From: Hyphochytrium catenoides | Taxonomy: Eukaryota; Protista; Hyphochytriomycota | Assembly: GCA_900088475.1 (NCBI GenBank) | Contig: FLMG01003792.1 | Location: forward strand, 14,501 to 78,500 | Direction of reading: 5' to 3' | Length of the DNA: 64,000 nucleotides | Shown: piece by piece, positions 11,361-23,858 of the stretch | How the letters are laid out: each line of letters begins with the position of its first letter | Position numbering within the stretch: position 1 is the first letter of the stretch | The notes under the pieces: model-generated | Databases searched by the model: none | Seen by the model: only the letters and a program-made list of their open reading frames with translations | Told to the model about the DNA's origin: nothing | Program-made: the position numbers and the translations under genes

Positions 11361-14300
11361 TGGGTGGAAAATGAGATCCACAAAAAAAAATAGATCCCGC
11401 CAGCTAGGCAATACTCTACGGAATGTTGTCTACGGCACCCATCATCTTGCCCTTACTCTATCGCTCGTAAGTCGTCAGGCGGAGCTTAGGGGCGGTCCCG
11501 GCTGTGAAAGGTCAAACTGGACAGCAGAATGGGGCAGCAGTTATGGTTGGTTGGCATGATGCAGCAGCATAATTTTTGAAAGAGAGTGCCTTGACGCGGT
11601 ACAAGTATAAAATGCCTTCTTGAAGAATCTACTGAGTATTCTCCCTTTTCGGTCTGGTACCGCCGGTCGCAACGGCTTGGTACAATCATCTGCGTCTTCA
11701 GAAGCTCCTTCTTCTAGAAGTTATACCCCTGTTATTTATTCGTAGTCCATAGTCCATGAGCATCAGAAGATCTGTCGATATTCTTATTGTCTAGTAAGTA
11801 AAAGTCCTTTCTTATCTAAAGTGTTCCTGTCGCTCTCAAACTTCTCCTCAGCGATGTCTTCTGCTACTGGCAATGAGCTGCTTGAGGGCAATCTGACGAC
11901 TCTAATAACCTCTCTTTCTCAAGTGTCATTGACTCCACTACTCACGCCAATTGTAGTAGTAGTCAAGGGGGAGGAGGAAGAGTTTGGTGAGAAGCAATCA
12001 TCAATGGAATCCATAGAGCTAGCTATACCGTCGTCGAAGGAAGAAGATATTCTTGGGGCAATAGCCGATGGGCTTACAACGAGTACAAGCAGTAGACGAG
12101 GGATCTCACCAGGTTGTTGACTTTGCAGAAGAAAACCACGACTACAGCGAAGAGAGCCATCATAGTCTGAGCTCACAAGACATGAAGCGCTTCGCCAGTA
12201 TACTTCAGAGAAACTTCTCGATGCAGCATTGGCAGTGATTGATGGAGAGCATACGACCGTTGACGCTGCCAGCAAGGTCTTCAATAGCGACACGTGACGG
12301 CTATGAAAAGTAGTGGAAGCAGGATACTTCTCAAGAGTAGGGGTCGTACAGCTATCTTTGAGACGTGGGAAGAGGCGCTCCTAGTAAAGTGGTACTCTTT
12401 CTTGGCAGACGGTAGCAGAGCACTTCTCAAGAACCAAGAGCCCTCCTTATTATCGCCAATAAGTTGGCAAAAGCTCTTCATATTGAGAAACTCCAACCGA
12501 AGGGACTTTCCAGAGGATGGTGGAAAGGCTTCACTCTCAGATGGAAGAAAGGTCTGATTTGAATACCAAGCGTAAGGCTGTGGGGCTGTCGAACCATGAT
12601 GTTGGCTGTATGTGGCGGTCCATTATCTAAAGAGAAGAGTTGGGAAGGTCCAGAGGCTGGCAAGTGATCGGTTTTAAAAGGCAGTGTGTGGAGGTTCCGG
12701 ACTGGCGGTCAAGAAGAGGGTCGAGGCAGTAGTGACCAATAACTACGCTTGTTCGCCCTTCGCGATCTAATCTTGATAACTTTGTCGGTTGAGATAATGG
12801 TGCGGCGGAGCTCCGGAGTAGCAGCTACTAATGCTACTTACTGGGGAAGTCCTTGTAGACCGAGGGTAAAAAATATCCCCGTACTATGTAGCTGAGCTTC
12901 CTGAGCATTGCAGATTGATACAAGTACAGAAAAGGGTGGACAGGTTAAATCACTCAAAAACAGAGAGAGATGATTGAGATGATGGTGGTGAAGCAATTGA
13001 TAGTTTGATGACCCAAAACAACGGTCCTACCTGATTCACTTGGGGAGGACAGGTGAACTCGCTTTTATTGACGAACCTCAGCAGATTTAGAAGAAGATGT
13101 ATAAGACTCGAAAGTGACAGTAGTGAGGTGAGGTGTGTCTAGATAGGGGAAGACAAGGATATTATAACTGTGAGGTATTGCCGTCCTTCCAGTCATATAT
13201 ACCGAGTATACTAAGGTTTACATCCTTCTTGGTCACCATCAACATCTCTTTGAAGACTCAACATCAACATCTCTCTCTTTGAAGACTCATTCTCGGAGAG
13301 TGAGAGGGAACATCGAGAAAGAATAATGACTTTACTTCGTTGTATTTGAATCTTCTCCTCCTACGACGGTCTGGCGATGGTGGTATCAGGTTATTTAGGA
13401 ATACCCATCGCATCATTACCCTTCGCCGCAGAATGTTGTCTTTTTTCCATCGTTGCCTCTCACCACGTTCACTTTCCTTGTCAAGCTAGAGTCCCCTCTG
13501 CTCTTACACCAACTCACCCAAGCCGATAAATTGCCTGTTCTCCCTAGTAGAACGAAGTAGTAGAAGTCTAAATGCTGTTGTTCTTCAAACAGATGGATGG
13601 AGTTTGGGATAGTATGGGCACCCGCGAGCTTCTTTACGATAGCTGCCTTAATTCCATGTAGATCTCTACATCCTTCTCCGTAATCCTGACGCCACACGTG
13701 ACCACAGACTGCTGCCGCGTGTAGCAGTTGGATGCACCACCAGCACCAAGAATATTTCTAATCAGCTTGGACAGACAGTGAAGAGGCCCCTTTGACCAGT
13801 ACGTAATGTGGTTGAGGTGCACCTTGTCAATCCACTACACTCAGCGTACGTGATTATCATTAGCAGCACAGCTGACATCTTGCATAGGCATTGACCAGGA
13901 AGTTGATCATGTCCTCTGGCCGTACTTTTTATCATTAAAGTGGATCTACTTGGCCCCTTGCAAAGGACAATGCGCTGGACTTATACTGCTTGAATGTGCT
14001 TCCCTTGGTTCATGGGCTTCCATTTGATGAGTCTTGAGAGCTTTTGCCTGAAAATGCCTGGCATTTTGGGCCATTTCTGGGGACTAGGCCCCGGCGATCT
14101 TGGCATCTCAATCTGTAGGGGTTCGTAGCACTCGGACAAGTGCTCTGTCTGGACGTGTTTGATGAGCAGCTCTCTGCTTAAGTTCGCATGGTGGGATGTT
14201 ACCACATATTTGCATCGGTGTCCAGTGGAGTCGCTGTAGACGCATCTTCTTGCGCAAGTTTCTCCCATTTACCTTTTTATTTAAGTAAGTAAAACGGTTG

Positions 14301-15467
14301 CTGTCAGCGAGTCAAAGAGCCGAGGGTGTTTCTTCTGCTTGTGCCGTTGGGACGTTAAAGAGACTTTGTCTACTTTGCTTCCAAACAACTAACCTTACCC
14401 AAGCAACTAACAACGATAGCTGAAGGCACAACACCACCTAGTAAAAGCAAAAATCCAAGGCAAAGATTACGAGTTGATTGAAAAGCGGACGACGCAGGCG
14501 GCGTTCGGAGCGCCTAGCAAATTACTTGCTCGCACGCGCGCACCGCGCCAGGTAAGGTCAGAACTCCACCCAAAAACCTTCTTCTCCCACCAATACTTTC
14601 GTCGATCAATGGTGGATTTTATTACAGATGCATCATGATGAGCTGACTTAGCAGTGCTAGGCTGTAAAAGGCGATCTTGCGGCCTGTAACTCCATCCCAA
14701 CGAAGAACGAAATGTATTGTCCTCCTGAAGTTTACCGAAGATTGTTTCTATATTCTCTAGACGGAATTGGAGTCTCCAGAAGTGTGGGAACTCTCATTCA
14801 TTTCATTTTTTGGTTCTCTCTTTTCTTGATTTCTGGCATCCATAAACTGGCCCCAAGACAAACACGACCATTTATTTCCAGACCAGCTTCTGGCTGTTCT
14901 CTTTTACTAATCTGGATGCTGAGAATGGACTTCAAAGTGGAGATCAGCCAATTGCATTTTATAGACTCTGAAGATCATAGTCCAAATGGTCTCGCAGTAC
15001 CGATTGGTGAAGATTGCGAGTGCTCCAGCCTATGGGACCGTTCCTCACTAAATCTGCTGCTGCTGCGGCCCAATATATATATATAGCTCTCTGGCTGCAA
15101 TCCTCTATCTGCAAGCAGCTCCTCCTTTCTTTGTTCCCAACAGTAGGTCCTGTAACCCTCCCTTTCTTCGGTGACATGAATGAGTGAAGAATGAAGCTAC
15201 TCTTCCCAGACGGGTAGCTGCTACTGACAACTGACCAGTGACAGCTTCAGACTAAGAGACATAAGGCCTTGCGAGGTTCTAGTGTAGGAATCCACTCCTT
15301 TTCTTTAATCATCACTTTGTTCTGACTACCTCTGTTCTTCCTACTTGCCATTCAACCACCATTACCGCAAAATAGGGACTAGTGAAGGTCTATTACTTAG
15401 TAGTCAATCACGCTCCTCCTCCTGCCTCCTCCTTCGCTATGTAAGCATTTATATAATGGGAGGTACT

Positions 15468-15519
15468 ACTAGCAGCAGCAGGAGAGCTCCTACCATAGAG
15501 CCCTCCTGCTGCTGCTAGT
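15468..15519. repeat. inverted repeat/hairpin, 22-bp arms (1 mismatch), 8-nt loop
   Basis: actagcagcagcaggagagctc-ctaccata-gagccctcctgctgctgctagt; pairing extends to ggagg/cctcc across a 4-nt bulge. Confidence 0.85.
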
Positions 15520-16028
15520 CCTCCTTCGTAAAGGCTGTTCTCGTCAATGAAAGATGAGGGTCAGGCGAGAGGAAGGGACCGGTAATAACAGCCTTGAAGG
15601 ATGTCTGTCAGTGTGTCCCTTGTGATGTGTGACGGCGGTGGGGTAGAAGAATGGGGTTATTTACACATTTGATAAAATCTACCTTCGTGCTTGCCTGGAC
15701 CGGCCAGCGTTCACTTGGCCACGACGTATACTCTTCTCGGTCGCGTCCTCCCCTCCGTAGTTCTTCTCTCCATAGCGAAAGGCAGATAGGAGGAGGGAAG
15801 TCTGATGTTAGGGAGGATGACACTTACCAATCTGCTGCCTAACTAGGAGAACACTTCCCGCTTACAACTTTGCCTCTTGCTGCCCTCGCTTTTCTAAATG
15901 TGTAATATCAGCTGCTAAAAAATCTCTAAGTTCTCGCTACTAATCAGCCCCAATCCTAATCTCTTAGAGCTACGTTGAGTGCGGGTGCTCAGTACCTCGT
16001 AGACTTGGAATAACGACAGATAGCACAG

Positions 16029-18549
16029 ATGAGTGACGGCAATGGAGCTTCAGGGGGCGGAGGTGGTGCGGAGAACCCCTTTGCGGAGCGAGCTCAAAAT
16101 TACTCTAACTCTTCGAGTGAGTTCTTCACTACTCTCATCGCCACCGGCGCAGTGGGATTAGTCCTACTCGCACTCTTCGTTTGTCTCAGGAACAGAGTAA
16201 GTTCGCAATATTGCAGTATCTATCGCGGGAGCAGCTAAATGACGACTGACCTCTCTCTATTCCTGGTGCTTGTTCTCCCTCCATCCTCTGTACTGTCTTC
16301 CATCAATAATTCTCATCCTGCCTGCACCTTTCTTCCATCTTCTCTTACAGCGGCCACACCTTTACATCCCCAAGCTGCTTCTCACAAAGGAGACTCTACC
16401 ACCGCCTCCTTCGTCCATATTCCGGTGGGCTCTTACCTTACCGCGTATACAGGATCAAGTTATCTACCAGCACGCAGGGCTAGACTCGCTCATTGTCCTT
16501 CGCTTCCATAGGTGAAAGAATACTCTTCTACTAGTTCTCCTCACCTCCTCACCTCTTCATTTCTACAAGATATTGTACCGTTGAGCATCCTTCATCTCCA
16601 CTGATTGCTTTTCCACCTGCAGCTGTGGTTATTAAATTTCTTTGCTGAAGGTTAAGTTTCAGACCGTCGTCGCCTTCATAACTTTTGGGGGGGCTAACGT
16701 CAGCTGTTTTGGCAAGATGCACCTCGTTATAGCTTGATCTAACTTCCGCTGAAGGTTGGTCGTGACCACTCTTGGCCTTTTCGCTATATATGGACTGGGT
16801 TGCCTCATTCCAATCTATGTCACCGGGGGCCAGGGCCAGAGTGGGATGAACAAGCTAACCGTTATGAACGTATCTGATTCTCAAGATGGACGGGTAAGCG
16901 ATTTCTCTGAGTCAAACCTAGCGATAATAAGGCAAAAGTGAAGAAGAAATGAGAGGCAGTTCCTACTCCTTTTGTTTGATTCCCTTGACGTTCACCTACT
17001 ACATCGAGTCACCATTGATACCCCTGCCCCTATCGTCATATAGAGACCCCTTAACTCCTGCAAGGTTGCTGTCTCACCCTTGTTCAGTCTTACCTAACCC
17101 GCCTTGTTGTACACTTCCCTTTCTCTTCCGTGTCTTTCCTCCTCTCTTCTGATCTCTGCGCCCGATCCCTGCAGTTATGGTCGACATTGGTTGGGGTCTA
17201 CCTCCTGACGTTCCTGGTCCTCTTCTTCCTATATCGAGAGTATAAGGTCTTTGCCTTCTACCGGGATCTGGATCTGAAGCGCATTGAACCTCGAAGCTAC
17301 ACCCTTCTTGTTATGGACATTCCCAGGGAAAAGAGGAACAGAGCGGAGGTGACCAGGCTTATGGAGAAACTCTTTCCAGGACATGTTCAGGCTGTGCATA
17401 TGGTGGTGCCCAAGGTAATAAGGCGGCTCTGCTCACCAGGAGGCCAGCACTCCGTTCCTTTCATCAGCACCATGCTCCGCTGGTGCGCGCGAATAATCCC
17501 TGCCATTGTCTGCTCAACCTCCTCTCCTGTCTGGCTACGTATGTCGTCAAGCGGTCTCCTCTATTCAACACGTCTTGTCTCTAGGCAAAGCGATTCTGAA
17601 CTACTATCGCGTCTCTCTTCTCCTTCCATTAAATGAACGCTCATGCCTATTTCCTAAAGGATGATCTCGCAAGGGCTGTTAAACAGCATGACGCCGCAGT
17701 CATTAGCTATCAGGCGGCAAGGCTAAAGGAAGATACAACCGGACAGAGGCCACAGCATCGCTTGCGCATGTGCGGCCGGAAGACTGACTCTATCTCCTAC
17801 TACGAGGAGGAGGTGGAGGACCTAGACACCCAAATTCGGGAGCTTCAAGATGATGTGCGCCTCCGAGTACGTCCGTCCACTTGCTTTCCGACGGTTGGCG
17901 GTCGTCGGCTAGCCCTTATCAAATTCCTTTCGTCTCTTCCGTCCTCACTTTCCTGGTTCATAGCGAAGACCTTCTTGGTCTTACTTATCAACCAGCGGTG
18001 CCCTTTTCCCTTCTTTGCTTCCCCCACTGATGCTCGTTTCGCTTGCTTCCTCTTCGTGCCGTCCAACTAAGTCTTCTTGCCGGACCTCTGTCCTCTTGCA
18101 GGAGCCCACACACTGCTGCTTTGTCACTCTGTCTCAGCGGAGCAAGGTCATAGTCGGAAGCCAAACTCGTCTTTTCAAAGACCCCTTCCACTATGAGATG
18201 TTCGAAGCACCGGATAACAAAGATGTCATATGGGAAAACCTAAAGATTGAGAAAAGACAGCGATCTGTTCGCTTTATAGCTGTCTCCGTCATCGTTGCTG
18301 TCCTGCTGTTCTTCTGGTACATTCCCGTGGTCTTCGTTAGCGGTCTGTTTAACATGGATAACTTGACATCAGCCTTCCCGTTCATGGAGTCAGTCCTCGA
18401 CTCCTCGTCCGTGGTCAGAGGTAAGGGAGAAGCTAAGACGAGGCCGTCCCTTAAGCCTATTGCTTTGCTACTCTGGGCACACCCTGCCACTTGCGGATAT
18501 TTTTTCTTCAAACTCACTTTCTCTCACATGCTCTGTCCCCCCCCCNNNN

Positions 18550-18586
<37 letters not shown>

Positions 18587-20569
18587 TCCTCTCTCTGCAT
18601 TCAACATCCCTCTGCCTCTTTCTTCCTGCTCTCTATGGTTTTTACGTGCCTCTTCTTCCATATGGAGTTACTTCCCCTACACTTTGTCTCTCCCTGTCTC
18701 TATCTTCTCCAAGTGTCTCTTCCATGGAGTTGGCTCTCCCTTAAGCTACGATTACTAAGACTGGCATGTGCGCTAACCACCCGTTTTCAGGTCTCATTAG
18801 CGGGCTGCTTCCTGCTTTAGTGCTCAAAGCGTTCATGGTCCTGCTGGTTAGGATTGTTACCTTCTTGTCGAAGTTTGAAGGGCGATGGACATGGAGCTCC
18901 GTCGCTCTTGGTACTCTAACGAAGCTTTTCTTCTTCAACGTACGTAGGCGGAGAAGGAAGCTGACAGCCAGCTTCTGCCTCTCTCTTGCTTGATATATAT
19001 ACTCTACTATCGTTGACGCTCTCTTTATTTAGTCTGCTCGAAACGGCAGCAAGCTCCATCATTGAAGTGCATGCGCAAGTTCCGCTCTCGCCTCAACCTT
19101 TGTGGATCCCTCTGTTATGTACTTTATCATCCTCTCTCCTCCATCCTCTCCTATCGGTCGCCGCCACCAGCTTGTGATTGACGATCCGATGTAGATATTG
19201 AACATTCTCTTAGGAGTTACGCTCACGGGTACCGTTCTGGACATCATAGACACAGCAGTAGACAACCCTTCGGAGCTGGTCGAATTGTTGGCTGACTCTC
19301 TCCCGCGCCAGTCAACTTTCTTCTTGAACTACGTTATGCTTAATGCCTTCGTGGTCCTGCCTTTTCGGCTTATGAGACTGAAGAGGCTAATTATCAATTG
19401 GATGAAGACGAGGAAAGCGACAACTAGTAGGCAGAAGAGAGATGCCTGGGTACCAGGTTAGCTAGAGTTTAGGAGTCTGTTCTGTCCATTCTTGATGCGC
19501 TTGCTTCCTTGCTCAAGTAGTCTCTCTCTCTCTCTCTCCACACCACGCTCTGTTTGCCTCCACCTCTTTCTGTTCAGTCTCATTGTTGGTCGTTGCCTCC
19601 GTTCTAGCTACAACTCTTGACTCTTCTTCAGCCGTCTGCTTCTTAATTCTTCCCTCCCCTAACTCTCCGTGGACGCCAGATTCTTCCCTATGCTGTTCGA
19701 CTCCCTACTCTATCTATGACCTATAAATGATCCCATCACTGTTCCTTTCTTTGTCTAGGAGAGCCACGTCACGGGGTATTTGTGGCTCAGGATCTGTTGA
19801 TCCTCGCTATCTCTCTGGCCTACTCTTGCATCGCTCCTCTTATGCTAGTCTTCGGCCTATTATACTTCGTGCTGGCATACTATACGACGCTTAACCACGC
19901 TCTTTACGTGCACATTCCGCAGTTCAGGTGAGCTTGACAGGAGACTTATCCCTTATAGTCCTCGCTTAGAGCTCACCTTGTTCCCAAATGTAGCACCGAA
20001 GGGCGTATCTGGAACTCCATAGTACGAAAGGTGATGATCAGCACTCTCATCTTCCAGCTCCTCATGGCTGGACAACTGGGGATAAAGCGGGCGGCAGTGA
20101 GCGCTCCGCTCGTTGCTATTCCAGTCGTTATGACCGTACTCTTCTGGCGCCGCATCACGACGTTCTATAAGCCCAGCACCACGAAGCCATCCCTGGAGGC
20201 AGCTGTTGAGCAGGATCTCTTTGAGATGGAGGTTAGACAAGAGAACTGTTCGTCCTTCTATCTCTTCCCATGTGTCGCTGCAGTCAGGACCTGGCCTCCA
20301 TTCACCTAACTTTTGTCCCCTTTCCCACTGCCTTCCCCGTCCTCCCTCCGCCGATCCTCAAGAACCAGCAGCAGACGGCTCAGATGGCCGCTGCTACCGG
20401 CCGTCCAGCTGGTCAGCCTCAGGAGGGTCTTTCAGAGAGAAAACTCGTCAACGCCTACGATCCGTACAACTATCCGCCGGTGAAGAAATATCAGCTCTAT
20501 GAAGAAGATTCTCTTAGAAACCCGTATGAAGAGGAAGACAGTTATCAGCTCTGGCAGGGGAGGCTATAG
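16029..20569 (+). CDS. OSCA/TMEM63 (CSC1/ERD4/Phm7-like) Ca2+-permeable mechanosensitive/osmosensitive channel, about 11 exons
   Basis: Exons approx. 16029-16196, 16351-16511, 16755-16893, 17175-17414, 17660-17866, 18102-18420, 18791-18939, 19195-19456, 19759-19927, 19994-20231, ~20369-20569, with GT-AG junctions in frame. Motifs: LYIPK, AGLDSLIVLRF, LIPIYVTG, YTLLVMDIP, CFVTL, EAPDNKDVIWENL, LADSLPRQSTFFLNYV, YSCIAPL, EGRIW. Confidence 0.92.
18550..18582. repeat. (CT)n microsatellite in an OSCA intron, next to a 4-N gap
   Basis: tctctctc... run after a poly-C tract and nnnn at 18546-18549. Confidence 0.9.
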
Positions 20570-21159
20570 CCCACTAAAGATCTAAGGGGTGGACCGTAGA
20601 CCTTCCAACATGTCAAGGGCGAGCTTTTGCTCTTCTGTCAAGCTTCTCTATGTCGCTATCGTCTGAAGGGCAGCCACCCACTTGCTTCCCAGTTGCCGAC
20701 TACTTAGCGTTAATGAGAGTGTCGTTAGATCTACTTCCTCTGTCCTTGTGAGCTCCAAAATAGCACAGGAAGAGATATTATTGCCTCTTAGAATAAGGGA
20801 TGATTCTTCTCGCCTCTTGCGTCGGAACTTCTTTTGATGAGAAGGGGGTATCAGACCGATGGGAATAGAACTATGAGCTTCCCCAACGGCTTCGCCAGTT
20901 TGATAAAGAGGAGGGCCCTCATCCTTGCTGCAAGGTAAAGGCCCGTTGTGGCCGGAAGGTCATCTGCGAGCACCTGCAATCGCACGGTCATCGTCACCAC
21001 ATATATATATAATGCAGCGGTCTCTATGAAGGACCTGCTATTCAGTGCAATGGCGACACACCATTAGCCGCTGCAGGGAAGAAGGGAGGAGTGTGCGACA
21101 TAGTTATGCCAGTTGTTTGAGGACAAGCTTCACGATGGTGACCACATAGAGTCGCCAAG

Positions 21160-21700
21160 TGTGACAACAAGAGAGAGACCCAAGAGGGGTGAACAAGAGG
21201 CACGAAGACGAGAGACCCTAGAGGGGACAACAAGAGGCACAAAGACGAGAGACACAAGAGTGGCTAAAAGACACCAATAGAGAGATCCAAGAGAGAGACC
21301 AAGAGAGAGACCCAGAGGGAGAATGATCCACAGATAGAGAGACCAAAGAGAAGAAACGAAGAGAAAGGGGAGGAGCCATCTAAAGAGAGACAGGTAGGCA
21401 GAGAACCTGCAAAAGAAGAGGCGAGAAGACGAGTAGTTCCTAGGAGGCGGGGGATCTGGACCCCAGAAGCTGTACTTAGTTCTAAATAGGGAGATGCGAG
21501 ACCCTAGAAAGAAAGAAAATGCCCTCTCTCTTTCTCTCTCTCTCTTTCTGTCTCTCCCTACATCTGTGTGTGTTTCCTTTCTCTCAGTCCCCCATTCTCT
21601 TTCTCTCTCTACCGCCCGCTGTGTGCCTTGGTCTTCTCTTCTCTATTCTTCCTCCCTTATATTACATTCTCTCTCCAGTGTTCCTCTCTCTCCCTCTTGT
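21160..21700. repeat. low-complexity tract: GA-rich short tandem units (gagagacccaa-like) followed by a CT-rich tract
   Basis: Repeated gagagaccc/caagagaga and aagaggcac(g/a)aagacgagagac units at 21160-21350; pyrimidine-rich tract at 21520-21700. Confidence 0.7.
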
Positions 21701-22254
21701 GACTTGACTTTACCAGAGCGGCGACAGAGATCGACGCAACCAAGCTCGTTGCTCTCCCAGCAGCTGGTCGAGAGTGTGGATAGAGAGAGACCTTGTCCCC
21801 ATTGAATGAAAGGGGCAAGACCCCATCCCATAGAGAGATCCACCGAACCAAAGAGTTGCTCTGTTCTTAGGCTGTTCTCCCGCCCGAAGAAGAGGTCCTC
21901 CAAGGACCCTCTGTCCATCCGTTCCAAGGAAGTCTCGTCCGGACGCAGTCCATCCTCTTATGCTATGGGAATGGAGAGCACAACTAAGCGAGAACGCCCT
22001 AGCTCTGAAGGTTTAGGCTAGGCTCCAGACAGGATAATGTATGGTCGCTCCTGAGGAAAAGAAAGGCAGCCGAAATGCAACATCGCTCTCTTATCTCTTG
22101 CCAGGTGGCTGCGAGGAAGTGGAGGGCCGTTCGGCTACGTCGTCCACAGGGCAACAAGGGAAGGCAGTCAGCCGGGACCTGAGGCTGTCACGGGCGTCAT
22201 GCCGGCCACAGCCGAGAGAGTCCCGAGATCTCTCTTCCTCAGCTCTCAAGCCAT

Positions 22255-23858
22255 GTGTCTCCTGCCCAACCATACCGCCGCCCTTCTTCGACACTGAAAG
22301 AAGCAGACGACGAGGCGACCTTTGAGGTCGTCTCTGCCGTTCCTCCGCCTGGGATCAACTTCAATCGGGACAGTCTGCTGGCCAGAGTGGCAGGCTGGGA
22401 CGCGTGGACGGCCTATTGCCGCTTTGGATGGCGGCACAAGGTCATCTTCTGGCTACTCTTCCTCGCGTACATGGCTGGGATGTTACACTTAGCGCTCATC
22501 ACCGACCTCATGTCCAAGAAGACAGAATCACAGCTCTTCCATCTTCCCTTCGTGATAATGGTCCCTTCAATGGTCCACATCTCGCTCTTCCTCAACGCTT
22601 TACTGCGCTATCATGCCGTCCGCTTCTCCCAATTCTGGTATATTGCGACAGCGGACTTTACTCTGCAATGGCGATCTCTTCCTGCCTTGACCTTCGTGGT
22701 CTGCTTCTCATCCCTGCGTGGTGTGCTATGAAGCTGGCGGATCTAGTGGACATGACTCAACCAACGGTTCGTCAAGGGTATCATATGGCCATGCTGCAGT
22801 GCGTGGTCGCGAACAGCCCTGCCCTAGTCGCGATAGTTGGCGGCTATGTCGACGAAGCCTATGATATATCCTGGCGCTTTGGAGGTTGGAGTTCACTGCC
22901 GCCGACCTGCAGTCTCAGATGGCAACGTCTATTGTCACCTTCGATGCAGCGAACTGCATTCAATTATTTTATCGCACTATGGAATAGGCCTACCGTGGCC
23001 GTGTGATCTGTGTGAACATTCCCTGGACGCTCACCTGCAGGCCGAAGAGTACATCTCCAACGGGCTGCTGTCTGGCTGTACCTAGTCCCCTGCCCATCGA
23101 CGAAGGCGCCAAAGCCACGGCAGAAGGAAAGGTGATAGAGTTAGCTAAGAATGAAGGCGTAGCAGGGGCGCCTCGTCGCGTCCACCCGGCTAGACCTCCT
23201 CTTCGCTCCTCGCCCTTGAGTCTGCTGATCACGCCGCAGGGTCCGCAGCGCGGCCCAACAACAATGGAGCTGGGAAGCGCCTTACCCTAAACACGCCGAC
23301 AAAGGTGATGGTCTTTACAGGGTCAGATAGTGTGTCTGAGAAGCTCTTCTGCTGCGGTACCTCTTCCAACAATTGTGTCTGTCAAGATGCTCGAAATGAC
23401 GCGGGGCTGGAGCCCTCGGGCACAGATGCGGGCTGGACTACTTATGAATAGCCTTGCTTTCCTTGGCATTCTGTTCTGCACCTTTTTCTGCTTTGCGTCG
23501 TCCCGCCGAGCGACATACCAGAAGAACCAGCAGGATTAGCGGCATTGAAGGAGGAGAAGGTATGCCTAGCACTGGGGGTGTCGCAGGAGAAGTTTTGGCA
23601 GGTCAAGCGACAGCTGTCCTTGGTCTGCTTTTTATCCCGCTGTGGAGTTTGTATGTTGTTTCCATGTACAATGTAACTCTGTTGCGTGAAGTCTACAAGT
23701 CCATTGAAGTCTCTTTTTTTACCTTGCAGTCCGTAGTTCTTTCTCTCTGTCTCTTCGACGCCTTTGAGTACGATGCTCGATGCGTCTGCCTCGTGGTCTT
23801 CTTCTTCGCCTTCAGGCAAGATCTCCTCCGCTCTCTGCCCAGCTCCGTATCAGCCTGA
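22255..23858 (+). pseudogene. broken multi-pass membrane protein gene of unknown family (apparently two similar TM blocks)
   Basis: Hydrophobic segments fall in successive, shifting frames (22255..22731, 22728..23006, 23330..23539, 23454..23858) with no clear introns to restore frame. The second TM block ends abruptly at about 23815. Confidence 0.45.

Noticed and set aside
11821-12663. Overlapping Ser-rich ORFs on both strands
   Set aside because: No recognisable domain or consistent splice model; possibly decayed coding sequence.
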